A stretch of 44,850 bases of DNA from Ionaspis alba (Eukaryota), in assembly GCA_964255285.1 (NCBI GenBank), contig CAXUUL010000053.1, positions 1 through 44,850 of the forward strand. Direction: 5' to 3'. Numbering within the stretch: position 1 is the stretch's first letter; every line of letters starts with the position of its first letter. This document shows, piece by piece, positions 1 to 12,000 of this stretch. Below the pieces are notes generated by a model that worked only from the letters and a program-made list of their open reading frames with translations, did no database searches and was not told where the DNA came from. Made by a program: the position numbers and the translations under genes.

Positions 1-162
1 CAATATTTATATATATTAATTAAAATATATTACGAGTAAATATTTTATTATATATTCAAAATTAAACAAAACAGTTTTTTAATAAAATTATTAAAATCGT
101 TTTTAAATTTTTTAGGATCGAGTTTTCCGAAGGGGTTTAACATTTTAATAATATTACGCTAG
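1..162. mobile_element. AT-rich degenerate repeat remnant (probably RIP-mutated TE), truncated by the window edge
   Basis: Very AT-rich and TpA-rich with few CpA/TpG, then an abrupt switch to mixed composition near 160. No ORF or terminus is recognisable. TE origin is inferred. Confidence 0.45.
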
Positions 163-239
163 CAAGCCTCGTGTTCCAAAAGTCTGAGGTATTGAGGCAA
201 TGTCGACAGCGTGTAAGTTTTGCGCTTAGTCATGGTTGT

Positions 240-279
240 CAATCGGGGTAGGGAGAGTCAAGAGTCAGAATCAAAACTA
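240..279 (+). repeat. Left terminal inverted repeat of the MITE
   Basis: Reverse complement of 669-708 with one mismatch (A270 versus C678). Confidence 0.92.
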
Positions 280-668
280 ATATAAAAGAGGTAACTTACT
301 GAAGTTTATATACAAGCTTGGATTGGCCAAAAATAAATCACCCGTAGATTTGAACCCGTGATTTTCTGACGTCGTTAAAACCTTTTTTTTTTCAAAATCC
401 CCCCCCTATACAGCCTTTTTAAAAATAAACGAGATTCGAAAAAACGGCGACGTAAATTACGAGACAAAACGCGGGCGATAAAATTGTTTTTTTCAAAAAA
501 CGTATCATTGCTTCAGTTAAAAACTTTCCATATAGACTAAATAGGCAGTTAGTACAGTTATATAAGAAAAAAAAGCTTATTTTTATAATTTTGCGATAAA
601 ACTTCCAAAACGTCGACGAAATATATATCAATCGTGAAATAATTGAAGTATTATATCCTATTTGGGAC

Positions 669-708
669 TAGTTTTGACTCTGACTCTTGACTCTCCCTAC
701 CCCGATTG
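669..708 (-). repeat. Right terminal inverted repeat of the MITE
   Basis: Reverse complement of 240-279. Contains TGACTC three times on the + strand (675, 681, 688). Confidence 0.92.
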
Positions 709-846
709 ATGGTTGTCAGATCCGAGGTCCAGAGAGACCCTTATTTCGCTGAATATTAATTCCACTTCTTCTACTCATTGGACTAGCATGCTTTTTAAGT
801 CGGGAATGAGCTGATACCTGCTTTGCGCAAACAAGTGGTCTGAGAT

Positions 847-3800
847 ATGACGGCTGATCTCCGGACCTGGGTCTCTGACAATCTCATCAAGCTTACTGGT
901 GCAAGTGATTCTATCGTCGTCGACTTCGTCCTTGCCCAGGCTTCTGACGCCAAGTCGCTTCCTGGTCTACAAGACAAAATATCAAGCTTCTTGGGAGGCT
1001 CTCAAAGTGACCTAGATACTTTTTCAAGTGATCTCTACAATCGCTTGCCCAGGAAAAATGGCTCGTTATCGAACGGAGCAAGCTCGCAGAAGGCGAAGGA
1101 GAATGGGGCAAAGGAGGTTCGGAAAAAATACAGGCTCTTAGAGATGGAAGACGAACAGCTCGAGCCAGTGGTTGCGATTCCCAGAGATGAAGGCACAAGG
1201 AAGAGCAGGAAAGATAGGAAAGAGCTGGAGAAGAATGGGGAGAGGCATCGGAACAAGAAACTGCGGCGCAAAGAAGGTGGTGATTTCGAGGATCGATGGG
1301 GGGATGAAGAATTCCTCGAGGAGGAGGAACCAGAGTTTCGAGAATCCTCGTCCAAGAGAATAAAGCTCAACGATGGTTCAGCGTCTCCCGTGGAGGAAGA
1401 ACTTGATCCTGAACGACGGAAGGAGCTTGAAAGAGAAAGGGACATAGAGGAACGAGACTCTTTTGCAAAACGATTGAACCAGAAGGAATCAGAGAAGTCA
1501 AAGAAAATTGTCGAAGATCGATCGTCCAAAAAAGACGACATGCGTACTGCGCAACGGCAGAGCCTAGCTGCAGATGCCGCGGCAAGAGAGAAAGCAATGC
1601 CCGAGATTCGAGTGAGAGCGAGGCAGGAGTATCTCAACAAAAGAGAACAAGAGAAGCTTGCTCTCTTCAGGAAGCAGGTTTTCGAGGAAGCCGAAGAGGA
1701 AAGAAACAATCCTGACCTTACACGAAGGGAGCGAGAGGAGTTTGCGAAGAACAGGGAGGTCCTACGTTTGGCTGAAGAGAGACTTCGAATCGATGATCAC
1801 AGAGAGGGTTACGTGCAACCTGAAGACTACATTACGGAAAAAGGCAAGATAGACAAAAAGAAGAAGAACGAAGCGCTCTACAAGCGCTATGTCGAACGGG
1901 ATGAGTACGGTCAAGAGAAGTTTGTTACCGAGCAAGAGGAGTGGGAGGCAGAGCAACAGAAAAAAGCAAAGGCACAGATATCACGAGGTGAAAGGGTTGA
2001 TGAAGGCGACTGGGAATATGTGTTCGATGATAGCCAAAAGATTAATTTCATTATGGACTCGAAGATCGCAGGGTATGGAAAAGTTCTGAATCCCGAACAA
2101 CGAGCGATGCAACAGAGACTACAGGCCGCGGAGAACAAGGCAGCATCTATTGAAGAGACAAGAAAGAGCTTGCCTATGTTCGCCTACAGGGATGAGCTCC
2201 TTGCAGCAGTAGCCGAGCACCAAGTCATCATTGTTGTGGCAGAAACAGGAAGTGGAAAGACTACTCAGATACCCCAATATCTCCACGAGGCTGGGTATAC
2301 CAAAGGAGGGCTGAAAATTGGATGCACTCAGCCGAGACGGGTGGCAGCAATGAGCGTGGCTGCTCGCGTTGCCGATGAGATGGGAGTCAAGGTTGGGAAC
2401 GAAGTTGGATACTCCATTCGATTCGAAGATGCGACTTCCGACAAGACAATCCTTAAATACATGACGGATGGTATGCTTCTGCGAGAGTTTCTTACCGAAC
2501 CGGATCTTGGAGGCTACTCATGTCTCATGATAGACGAAGCCCATGAGAGAACTCTTCATACGGATATCCTATTCGGTCTCGTCAAGGATATTGCAAGATT
2601 TAGGCCAGACCTTAGGCTACTCATCTCATCTGCTACCTTAGATGCTCAGAAGTTCTCGAGCTTTTTCGACGATGCTCCTATAATGAATGTACCTGGACGA
2701 ATGCATGAGGTTGCTCTCCATTATGCTGCTCAGCCAGAAGCCAACTATCTTGATGCAGCAAGAATCACTGTTGCCACTATCCACAAGTCGATGCCTAAAG
2801 GAGATATTCTTGTTTTCTTGACCGGCCAGGAAGAAATCGAGGCTTTACAAGAGATGCTTGAGGAGATAATACGAAAGGTAGGCTCGAGTATGGCCGAGTT
2901 GGTCATATGTCCTATATATGCCAATCTTCCATCCGAATTGCAAAGTAAGATTTTTGAGCCAACCCCTCCTGGGGCAAGAAAGGTCGTGCTAGCTACCAAC
3001 ATTGCTGAGACCAGTCTCACGATCGATGGCATTGTCTATGTTATTGACCCTGGTTTCGTCAAAGAGAATGTCTACAATCCAAGAACGGGAATGGAATCAC
3101 TAGTGACAACTCCAATCTCCCGTGCCTCCGCCAATCAGCGGATGGGTCGAGCTGGTCGAGTAGGCCCAGGCATGTGTTTCCGCCTCTACACCAAGTGGGC
3201 CTTCTACAACGAACTCGAGGAAAGCACAACTCCCGAGATCCAACGAACCAACCTCAATTCCGTTGTCTTACTTCTGAAGTCCCTAGGTATCAACGATCTC
3301 ATTGAGTTCGATTTTATGGATCCGCCTCCTGCCGAGACTCTCATCCGCGCTTTAGAGCAGCTCTACGCCCTTGGCGCCCTTAATGACCGCGGCGAGCTCA
3401 CGAAGACTGGCCGCCAAATGGCCGAATTTCCCACCGATCCTATGCTCGCCAAAGCCGTCCTAGCCGCCGACAAGTACGGCTGTGTTGACGAGGTTCTCTC
3501 CATTGTCGCCATGCTCGGTGAAGCCTCCGCCCTCTTCTACCGTCCAAAGGACAAGCTCATTCACGCGGATGCCGCACGCGCAAACTTCACAAACAAGGAA
3601 GGCGGTGATCATCTCACGCTACTCAACATCTGGTCCCAATGGGTCGACTCTGACTTCTCCTACGGGTTTGCAAAGGACAACTTCCTACAGCAGCGCTCAC
3701 TCAAGCGCGCTCGTGACGTTCGTGACCAGCTCGCTAAACTCTGCGACCGCGTGGAAGTCTCTCCTAACTCTTCAGTTGGCATCACCGACGCCATTCCTAT

Positions 3801-4116
3801 CAAGAAAGCTATCACTGCCGGCTTCTTCCCCAATGTCGCGCGCATTCGCCGTGATGGAAGTGGATACCAGACTGCCAAGACAGGTATTACGGCGTTTGTG
3901 CATCCGAGCAGTACTCTGTTGCAGACGCATCCGCCGCCGAGGTGGATCCTGTATCATGAGTTAGTACTTACGAGTCGTGAGTTTATGCGTAGTTGTATGC
4001 CGGTCGAAGCGGCGTGGTTAGCGGAGGTTGCACCGCATTTTCATAAGAAGGCTGAGTTAGAAGAAGAGGCAAGGAGGATGCCGAAGGCGGGAGGGAAGGG
4101 AGGAAGTCATTTGTAG
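847..4116 (+). CDS. cdc28: Pre-mRNA splicing DEAH-box RNA helicase, Prp2/Cdc28/DHX16 type, 1089 aa, intronless
   Basis: Motifs [52 protein letters not shown] and QRMGRAGR. Charged N-terminus with [15 protein letters not shown] and EQEEWE, typical of DHX16/Cdc28. HA2/OB-type C-terminus. Confidence 0.93.
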   Translation: MTADLRTWVSDNLIKLTGASDSIVVDFVLAQASDAKSLPGLQDKISSFLGGSQSDLDTFSSDLYNRLPRKNGSLSNGASSQKAKENGAKEVRKKYRLLEMEDEQLEPVVAIPRDEGTRKSRKDRKELEKNGERHRNKKLRRKEGGDFEDRWGDEEFLEEEEPEFRESSSKRIKLNDGSASPVEEELDPERRKELERERDIEERDSFAKRLNQKESEKSKKIVEDRSSKKDDMRTAQRQSLAADAAAREKAMPEIRVRARQEYLNKREQEKLALFRKQVFEEAEEERNNPDLTRREREEFAKNREVLRLAEERLRIDDHREGYVQPEDYITEKGKIDKKKKNEALYKRYVERDEYGQEKFVTEQEEWEAEQQKKAKAQISRGERVDEGDWEYVFDDSQKINFIMDSKIAGYGKVLNPEQRAMQQRLQAAENKAASIEETRKSLPMFAYRDELLAAVAEHQVIIVVAETGSGKTTQIPQYLHEAGYTKGGLKIGCTQPRRVAAMSVAARVADEMGVKVGNEVGYSIRFEDATSDKTILKYMTDGMLLREFLTEPDLGGYSCLMIDEAHERTLHTDILFGLVKDIARFRPDLRLLISSATLDAQKFSSFFDDAPIMNVPGRMHEVALHYAAQPEANYLDAARITVATIHKSMPKGDILVFLTGQEEIEALQEMLEEIIRKVGSSMAELVICPIYANLPSELQSKIFEPTPPGARKVVLATNIAETSLTIDGIVYVIDPGFVKENVYNPRTGMESLVTTPISRASANQRMGRAGRVGPGMCFRLYTKWAFYNELEESTTPEIQRTNLNSVVLLLKSLGINDLIEFDFMDPPPAETLIRALEQLYALGALNDRGELTKTGRQMAEFPTDPMLAKAVLAADKYGCVDEVLSIVAMLGEASALFYRPKDKLIHADAARANFTNKEGGDHLTLLNIWSQWVDSDFSYGFAKDNFLQQRSLKRARDVRDQLAKLCDRVEVSPNSSVGITDAIPIKKAITAGFFPNVARIRRDGSGYQTAKTGITAFVHPSSTLLQTHPPPRWILYHELVLTSREFMRSCMPVEAAWLAEVAPHFHKKAELEEEARRMPKAGGKGGSHL

Positions 4117-4541
4117 GGTGATGTCAAAAGTAGTATTGACTGTACGATCAAGAAGCACGAACGGGGTTTCACATTTAGATATCCTGGTTTATTGATTGCA
4201 ATTGTACGTCTCCCTCATGCTGGCCTGCGGGAATGACTTAGTCTAGATTTTCACACATGATTTTGATTGTGTCCACTGTGTCTCCGGTGGGTGTGGCAAG
4301 CTAAATGGTTTTGGAGAGGCGTCTCCAGGTCTGTCAGTAATCACACCTAGAGTGCACACAGCCTTCTGAGGCCATTTGCCGAAATCTGGAAGAACAAGGC
4401 TCCATTGCCAGCCACATGTCGTCTAAGCTAGATAACCTAACGAGCCAGTATGGCAGAACTTCAGCATGTCTTTATTCGTCCCTGCTTTAGGGCGCGAATA
4501 ATGGCCAGCTCAACTCCAACAACTTGTATGCAGACCTCGGC

Positions 4542-5595
4542 CTACTCCTTCGCCTCCTCATCTGCGCCAGTCAAGGCATTCTTCTTGGTCTCCTTGCGCT
4601 CGATCCGCCTCTCACGTGCAGCCTTGTTCTTGGCACGCTTAGCATCCATCTCCTCCTTGAGGATCTTCTCACGGGCTGCTTCAGCCTTGGCTTTGTGGAT
4701 CTGATGAAAAGATATATTAGTCATATGTCAGGTAAAGATAAAATGAACCACCATAGTGAGGAATAGGCGTCATCGACAGGTAGATCAACTGAGGAAGGCA
4801 ACGGGAAGTCAAAACACGAGATACGAGCTTGCAATCAAGCAAGTCGCAGAACTGGTACTGTGCAGGAATTTAGGTGGAACGTACATGTTCAACCAACGCA
4901 CGCTTGTGCTTGAAGGTGTTACCCTTACTCAAGTGGTATAGTTCGTGGTAGAGGTGCTTATCGATCTTGCCGGAAGCGCGATACTTGACAAGAAGACGGC
5001 GTAGGACACGTAGGCGACGCATCCAGACGACTTGGCTGTAGTAGAAATACCCATCAGTACTCCATTTTAGCACAGTACACAGAGAGCGAAGATCATGCCC
5101 CCAATATCGCCATCACCTTGATCTTCTGGGTAAATTCGGAATCGTACCTTGGCATCCGAGCATCAGCCGTTCCCTTCCTCTTACCAAAGCCTCGATGTCT
5201 ACCAATCCTTCTCGCAGCGGTCAATTCTCGAGCTCGCGCTCGTGAGTGCATGGTGACGGGTTTGCGGATAATGAGCCCATCGGAAACGAGTTTGCGGATT
5301 GTCTGACGGGAGTTGGCATTCGAGATTTCATTCACTTCGTTAGGGTCCAGCCAGATCTTGCGCTTGCCACAGCCAACGACGGAGGCCGCGAGGCGCTTTT
5401 GGGTGCGAAGATTGACCCTGTTTGAGATGAATTGTGAGCAGATGGTGTATGGTAGTGGTCCGCTGAAGTGGGGCGGCGAAAAAAGAATCGTCTGTGAAGG
5501 AAGCAGAAAACGACTGGCGCGTCCGACATGGGTCGTCCTCGGCGACGAGTACCTATTCAAGACTGATGATCGAAGGGGAAGGGCATGACTTACAT
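4542..5595 (-). CDS. RPL19: 60S ribosomal protein L19 (eL19). Exons 5595-5594, 5417-5148, 5035-4885, 4700-4542
   Basis: Spliced product reads [28 protein letters not shown]...[28 protein letters not shown]...KRALVEHIHKAKAE. Introns 5593-5418 (GTAAGT..CAG), 5147-5036 (GTACGA..CAG) and 4884-4701 (GTACGT..CAG). Confidence 0.97.
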
Positions 5596-6006
5596 CGTGG
5601 ATGGGTTATTGTCGTTGTCGCTAGAATTTCTTGGTCTCGTCGATAGTTTGTCGTGAGATTTGTGGAGTCGTGCCTTCATTACCTAATCATTTTTCGGCTC
5701 TCGCTTAGCCTTCCTACGCTAGGGTTGGAAACCGCGCTAGGTGTATGTACGCAAACGTCGGCAAACCAGAGCCGCAATTTATTTAGCAGCCCACTAAACG
5801 TTCAGTCGAACATCTGTGCATGGGGCGGTCTCCAGGTGCTCAAGACTGTAGAGTCCTTCATAGTTTGTGGCACAAAGCAATAATATCTTGGGCACCAAGT
5901 CGCCCAAACCAGCGAAACAGTGCTTTTGAGCGAAGCTCCACGCGAAACTTCATCAAATCGTACTTTCTACAGTGCTGGAACATTTCTTCATAGCATCATC
6001 AAACCA

Positions 6007-9000
6007 TCACTCGTCAGAGAAGGTCTTGTCAGCCAGATCCACTTTCCCGACGCTCCATATCTCCTTTTCATCCTCTTTTTCGTCGTTTGAAAGACCCAAG
6101 CCTCCCTGACCTCCCTCGGCTTCTTTTCTTTCCCTGGCTTGCGCACCTAGCCTACTTGCAACGCGCTTGAAGTAATCTTGCATACTCCTCTTGTTGTTGG
6201 GACTAAGATCCGAAGCTGCTCCTGCCATGTACTTGTCGAACACTGCACTTTCGGATTCCGCGACAGAGAAGATAGCTAGGAAAGCAGCTTCTGCAGCTAG
6301 CTTGACAGGGATCACCATATCACGTACGCCTGCGAAGATTGGCGGAGCAAGTAATGCCAGATGTGGTCGTACGACGTCACTGCGCTGACGGCTTATCGTA
6401 CGCACCACCACAAGGGCCAGTCGTCTTGTGTCGAGGGGGTTGCCGGGTTGAATTTCTGGCGCCAGAGCCTCGAATATTGACTTGCTGGTTTCATAACTTA
6501 TATTGCTACCGTTCGCGAGCATATACTTCCCCGCCGCCAACACGCAGTTGTCAGCGATGAACGTATGCTTGCTTTGAATACCCTGACATATGATTGAAGT
6601 TATTTCTTGAGCAAATCCTTCGATCACTGAACTTGGTGACTCAAGGAGAATGGAGTTCAAGTTCAAAACAGAGGCGTTCGTGAACTTGGAAGTAAGAGCA
6701 CGATGCTTGATCAGTACGTGAGCATCGGGCGCTGGTAGATTCTTGACCAAGGCACCAAGAAGTCGGGAATGTGTAATTGCCATTGCATCATCGACATTGC
6801 CAGCATCATTGTCGATGAGTCCTAGTATGGAATTGCGCGATGCTTCATTCATAGTTGAGCCTGCCTTGCTTACAACTTCGAATAGAGCTTTGAGCATAGC
6901 GTTACGAACCCCGGAATCCGATGTTTTGGTTCCGGTCACAAGTTCTACAACGGACGTCAATTCTTACTCCTCTGATAGAGAGACAGATATCTACTTACCT
7001 GCAATCAGAGGATCTACTCGGGGCTTCAAAGTCAGGAGGGTACCAAGAGCTTTTGCTGCTCTACTGCGCAGTATCTCGCTAGTGGTGTCAGCAAGGGACT
7101 TTGCGAAAGTCCTTTGAAGCTGGGGAAGGAAAGGCTTCAAGAATATAGGGATCTTTTCCAGCAGATTGTTCAAAGTCAGCAAGATCGCGCCTGTATAGAT
7201 CTCAGCACGTCGCGTGGTTTTGAAGGTTGCTCGGGAGGACTTACATTTGAGATCTATAGATCTCTCGGAGACGACTCTTATGAGCGGTCCGGTGATGTTG
7301 GTAACAAAGGGCTTCAATCCATCTGGACTTGTGCGATCGATAATATCGGAAATCGCTAGGGCGGACTGGGTACGCTGCTCAGCCGTACCGTTCATCAAGC
7401 CTTGAAGAAAGATGGGCAATATTCCATTTATGCCCTTTGGAATACAGAACCCAGGAAGATTAGATCCTGCAACCCCTACTTGCTGCAGGACTTGGCGAGT
7501 CGAGAAGACGAGCGACTCCATCTCCTCCTTCCGGAGGCGTTTCATTAGTTCAGATAGAGCTGTCCAGGCCGCCGTCACAACATCCATGTCTCGATCGTCG
7601 AAGGAAAGTAGCAAGACACGAATGAGGTCTTGGTTGTAGCGTGAGAAGTCGATGTCAGTTTCCGAGAAGAATTTACTCAAACGGATATCTGCGATGGCAC
7701 GCCTGCGGTGATCGTCGTGTTTCATGAGGGTGAGCATGACACTCATCGCTGTATTCAAGCCGTCAAATTCATCCACGGAGGACAAGATTGTACCAAAGGA
7801 AGCTTCCAGATCTTTGCGGAGTTCCTCGTCTTTACAGCTCACGATGTTATCCATCAAGGCGTTGAAAATGGCCGGTAATCTTCGTGTCATCGCAGATCCT
7901 GCAACTTCGGACAAGGACGCGATTGCTTTGGCGTTGAAACTCGATATAGGAGTCGTGAGTAGCGTGGGAACTAGATTTGGCAGAATGATATTAGATCTTG
8001 TATTGTCTGTGAGTAGTGTGAGCAAGGCAGCAAGAGCGGTCTCAGCTTCGCCTTCTGTCCGCAGCAAATTCAAGAGATATGGCAAAACCTGGTCCACAGC
8101 CCTTTTGCCGAAGATTTGCTGCAAAGAGTCGAATGCCTCTGCAGCAGTATCGCGAACTTCGTCGTCGGCATCGACAAGAGCTGAGCGAACAACGGAAATT
8201 AAGGTCTTCTCGTAGTCCTCTAACGTTTCTGGTGCCGCAGATGAAATAATTTCTCGTAATGCAATGCAGATTCCTTGCTTGTTGTCGGTGTCAGTTGAAG
8301 TCTGCAGGCCCTCTTCCAGAGTCGGCAAGAGAGTGGCAAGTACACCTTCCCCCGCTTTTCTGATAAGCTGACCAAGTGCGTTACCTGCAATAACTCTTTG
8401 TTCCATGTTTGAACTTGCAAGCCTTCGAATGATTAGTTGTGTGAGTGTCGGTATCAATTCTTTCAAAGTTCTCGGTGTAGCAACGAGTGCCTTCCAGACG
8501 TTGATTGCAGCACTTCGAACCAAGCCCGATGTGTCGCATCTGCAGATATACAAAGATGAGAGAATCTTGTTTCTCTTGTCCTCCCCTAGTACTTCAAGAA
8601 GCGACTGGCCAGCCTCTGCAGCACCATCGTCTTCCTCGTCTTGTTCAGTTTTGGCACTAATGCCTGTAAGGTTGAACAGCAGATCACCAACCAGTTCGAC
8701 TGAACTGAGACGGATGCGGTAACTATCGTCAGCCAATCCCCGGTCCAACTCTGGGAGCAAGAGGTCTATGGCTTTAGTGGCAAAATTTTTGACCAACAGC
8801 CTACCAGCGCGTAGGGCCGTTTCGCGAATCGACTCAACGTCGTCAGCCAAGCCAGCAAGAATTGGAGGGATTATTTTGCTCAAGTATGCGGCAAAGCTGT
8901 TTCCGAAGCACGCAGGTAGGAAAATGAAGAGTGACATGAAGCCTTCTCGTACAGTGGGCTTTGTGCTCGCCACGTTTTGCAAGATCGTAGGAAGAGTCTC

Positions 9001-12000
9001 TTCAAGCCTGCCTGTGCCGAGACCAGCGAGTACCTCGCTCAAAGCCTGTGCTGAACCAAGTCTGTCCCCTGCTCCAGTTTCTGATCTCAGTGTCGACATG
9101 AGACCAGGAATGAGATCAGGCAAAGCATCTTCGCCAAGTTTCTCTACCAGCGAGCCGAGGGCCTTCGAAGAAGTTGCTCTCGTTGTTGGAACAGGATCAA
9201 CGACAGCCAGCTTGAGACCTGCTACTAAGATTGGAAGGTGCGAGATGAGGTCTTTGCGCTCGGTAAGATGGGCCAGGCTTCCGATGATTTGTGCCGATTT
9301 GCGTTTGGTAGCAGATCGATCTCCAAGTCCTCGTTCGAGGATTCGAACAACCAAGGCCAAAGAAGGGGCATCAAGGTAATGAACAAAGGACACTTTGATT
9401 AGCGCATTGAGCGCGTCATCAGTGTATTTGGTGGGGTCGCTCAATGCCTTGAGTAGAATGTTCACGAGCCCCTTGACTTCTGGATTGCTGATCACTTCGC
9501 CAAAGCGTTGGAGACTTCGATTTGCGGCCAACCTGACCTCTTTATGACTGTCATTCAGAACATTGGTCAATGGTGGAATGATGTCAGGTAGACTGAGGGC
9601 TAGTTGCTGTGGGTCGAGGTACGCCATGGCGCCGAGCAGATCACAGGCACCCTTCTTACTACGCCATTGAGAATCTTCCAGACCGTCTAGCAATGTTGGC
9701 AGAATAAGCTTCACTCCATAAGAACTGAGGCTTGCGAAGCACGTTTTTGCCGCGTCCAAGCAAGCTTCCCGGACATCGGCCGAGGCATCTCCGAAACTCG
9801 CGAGCAGTTGTGGGACGATCTGAATGATGTACGGCTCAAAGATCCGGCCTAGGACGAGTGACAACAGCTCATACGCGAAGAGGGCGCCTTGCCGGTAATT
9901 CTGATCTTTCTTGTTGTCTATGGCAGATTTCAAGGAAGACATTATTCGATATTCCCGTAATGCTGAGACACCTTTACCGCTGACAATTCCAGCTAATCCG
10001 TAAGCAGCGCCACGTCGAGCAGCGTATTTCTTGGCTTTGAACAACTCATCGAGTATTTGTTGAACGTACTCTGGAGTATGTTCAATTGAAGTATGGATGA
10101 GAGGTGGTAGGCAACCAGCCACGGCGTACTGAACCGTCTCTGATGGAGTACTCAAGGTCTGTAACAGTCGCTGAACAACTTTTGGGACACGCTCATCACC
10201 TTTTGCAAGATGTCGAGCAAGTGCACCATACAGAATGACGACGGCCTCGCTGACAAGATCAGATAGATTTGAACTGCTGCCGGAAGCTTCAAGTGCGTCT
10301 TCAAGCAAGGACATAAGCTCCTCTAGTCTTTTTCCTCCATGCATAGCAATTACCGCTGTAGCACTGTCGATCATGTCATCTCGAACGGATGAATTCCGAT
10401 CACCAACCGCACCGTCGTAGATCATGAACTTGGCAAAGGCAACGAGCGCAGTAGACGGCCAGAGTGGAGCCAGTTCTTTAAATGCTAAAGCAATTCCACT
10501 CCGAGCTTCCCATGGATCAGTCAGATCGGTCTTCTTTGGCAGACCATATTCATCTCTCTCCGATAACTTTAGCCTTACTTTCTCCCGATACTCATCTTGA
10601 AGACAAGTAAAAACTTCTTCGAATATAGTTACGTCACCTGAAACACATTCTGCCAAGGACCTTGAGGCAGCTCGACGGAGCTGCTTGTCGGTAGACGCCA
10701 GATATGGCATCATCTTCAGGGCATCTTTACCCTCGAACTCGAGTGCATTTTCCTCCCAGATGACCAAACCCAATTCGGCGTTCTCGTCGTCATCATCGTG
10801 GACTGCGAGCCAGATTTCCTCACAGAAGTCGAAATCCGTCAAGTCGAGCTCTGCTCGAACAGCCTGTAAAACAGCAGTTCGTACAGAGACTTGTGGCACA
10901 ATAACACCTTTGAGGATTACAGCGGTCTCCTCCGCGGTAACGTTCGGCGCAATAGACCTACATAGATCATGTAAACAGTCTTTGACTAATCTATAGTGCT
11001 GTGAATATTCTTGGATGGATCGAATGAGCACTGTGAGTGTCTCTTTTCGTGGCAAACTAAGGTGGGAGACTAAAAGTAATTTAGCAAAAGGCATTAAAAC
11101 GAAAATAATTGATCTCTCACAAGTATCTGTATGGTACGAGAGGAACTCGAGTGCAAGGGTAATTTGCTCGTCTGCTTCATCAGGACTAGATGCGCCGACC
11201 CCGTGCTGCTCTAATACAAGGCTGGTAAGGGGTATCATATAATTTAGGGACACATCGTCGAAAGGTCTCTGCTCGCTAGTAATTCGTAATCGATAGAGGG
11301 TTCTTGTCACAAGATCTGTATCCGTGTCAGCGTGGGATTACTATTCTGGCAATAAACTCTACCTCCGAGAGGCTCCTTTTGCAGGTTTTCAGGTAGATGG
11401 GACGATCTGAGCGCACGAAGAGTAGCTACACCTATGAATGGCCTCAAAGAGCCAAGGCGGGGTGACACGAAGTTTGCACACGCAAGATAAACCAGATCAG
11501 CAGCATCGCCGACCAGAAGACCGACGCGAGCTTCAATGAGTTCAACCAAAGCTCTTAACGAAGGACCCATCCAAAGCTCAGCTTGAGTGGGTGGCCCAAT
11601 TGCCAGGCCTTGTATCATGCCAATGCCTCTTTGAAGTGTTTGTTCGAGAACAAGTACTTGTTTTCGTGTTTTGGCCTCTTTGGCTATCTGAGCATTCACC
11701 TTCGCTTGCTCTTCGGACGAGAGCTTCTTCTGTTGACCTTTCTTCTCTGCCAATTGAGATCGAACTTCTTCCTCCCATTTAAGTGTATCATAATCCCTTG
11801 CACTTTTATCGAGGGTAGTATTTTGAGATTTCTTGCTGAGAACGTCAATGAAGGCTGTCCCTTCGGGAGTGCGCGCTATAGCAAAGTCTGTTGGCGTGTA
11901 TTTGCGAAATTCCATAACAGACAGATCGCTTACGATCTGGTTGACTAGGAGGGGCGTTATGTGATCTGGAGCGACAAATGCTAGTTCAGCAAACGTGTTA

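Larger units (their letters stand above)
240..708. mobile_element. Non-autonomous TIR DNA transposon (MITE), hAT-like, 469 bp
   Basis: TIRs at 240-279 and 669-708 match 39/40 (CAATCGGGGTAGGGAGAGTCAAGAGTCAGA[A/G]TCAAAACTA). An exact 8-bp direct repeat ATGGTTGT flanks it at 232-239 and 709-716. The interior is AT-rich and non-coding. An 8-bp TSD with CA..TG ends fits the hAT superfamily. Confidence 0.88.

Noticed and set aside
120..162. Possible Helitron 3' end (weak hairpin plus CTAG at 159-162)
   Set aside because: The hairpin is poor and CTAG is followed by C rather than the expected T.
419..631. 70-aa minus-strand ORF inside the MITE
   Set aside because: Phe/Ile/Lys-biased product of AT-rich DNA with no transposase motif.
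1035..1709. 224-aa antisense ORF, and similar antisense ORFs within GCN1, SHM1 and the 32575 gene
   Set aside because: Shadow frames of real coding sequence, Ser/Phe-rich with no motifs.
4858..4884. Possible stwintron or nested intron at the RPL19 intron 3 donor
   Set aside because: The internal unit would be about 27 nt, too short, and no split-donor pattern is present.
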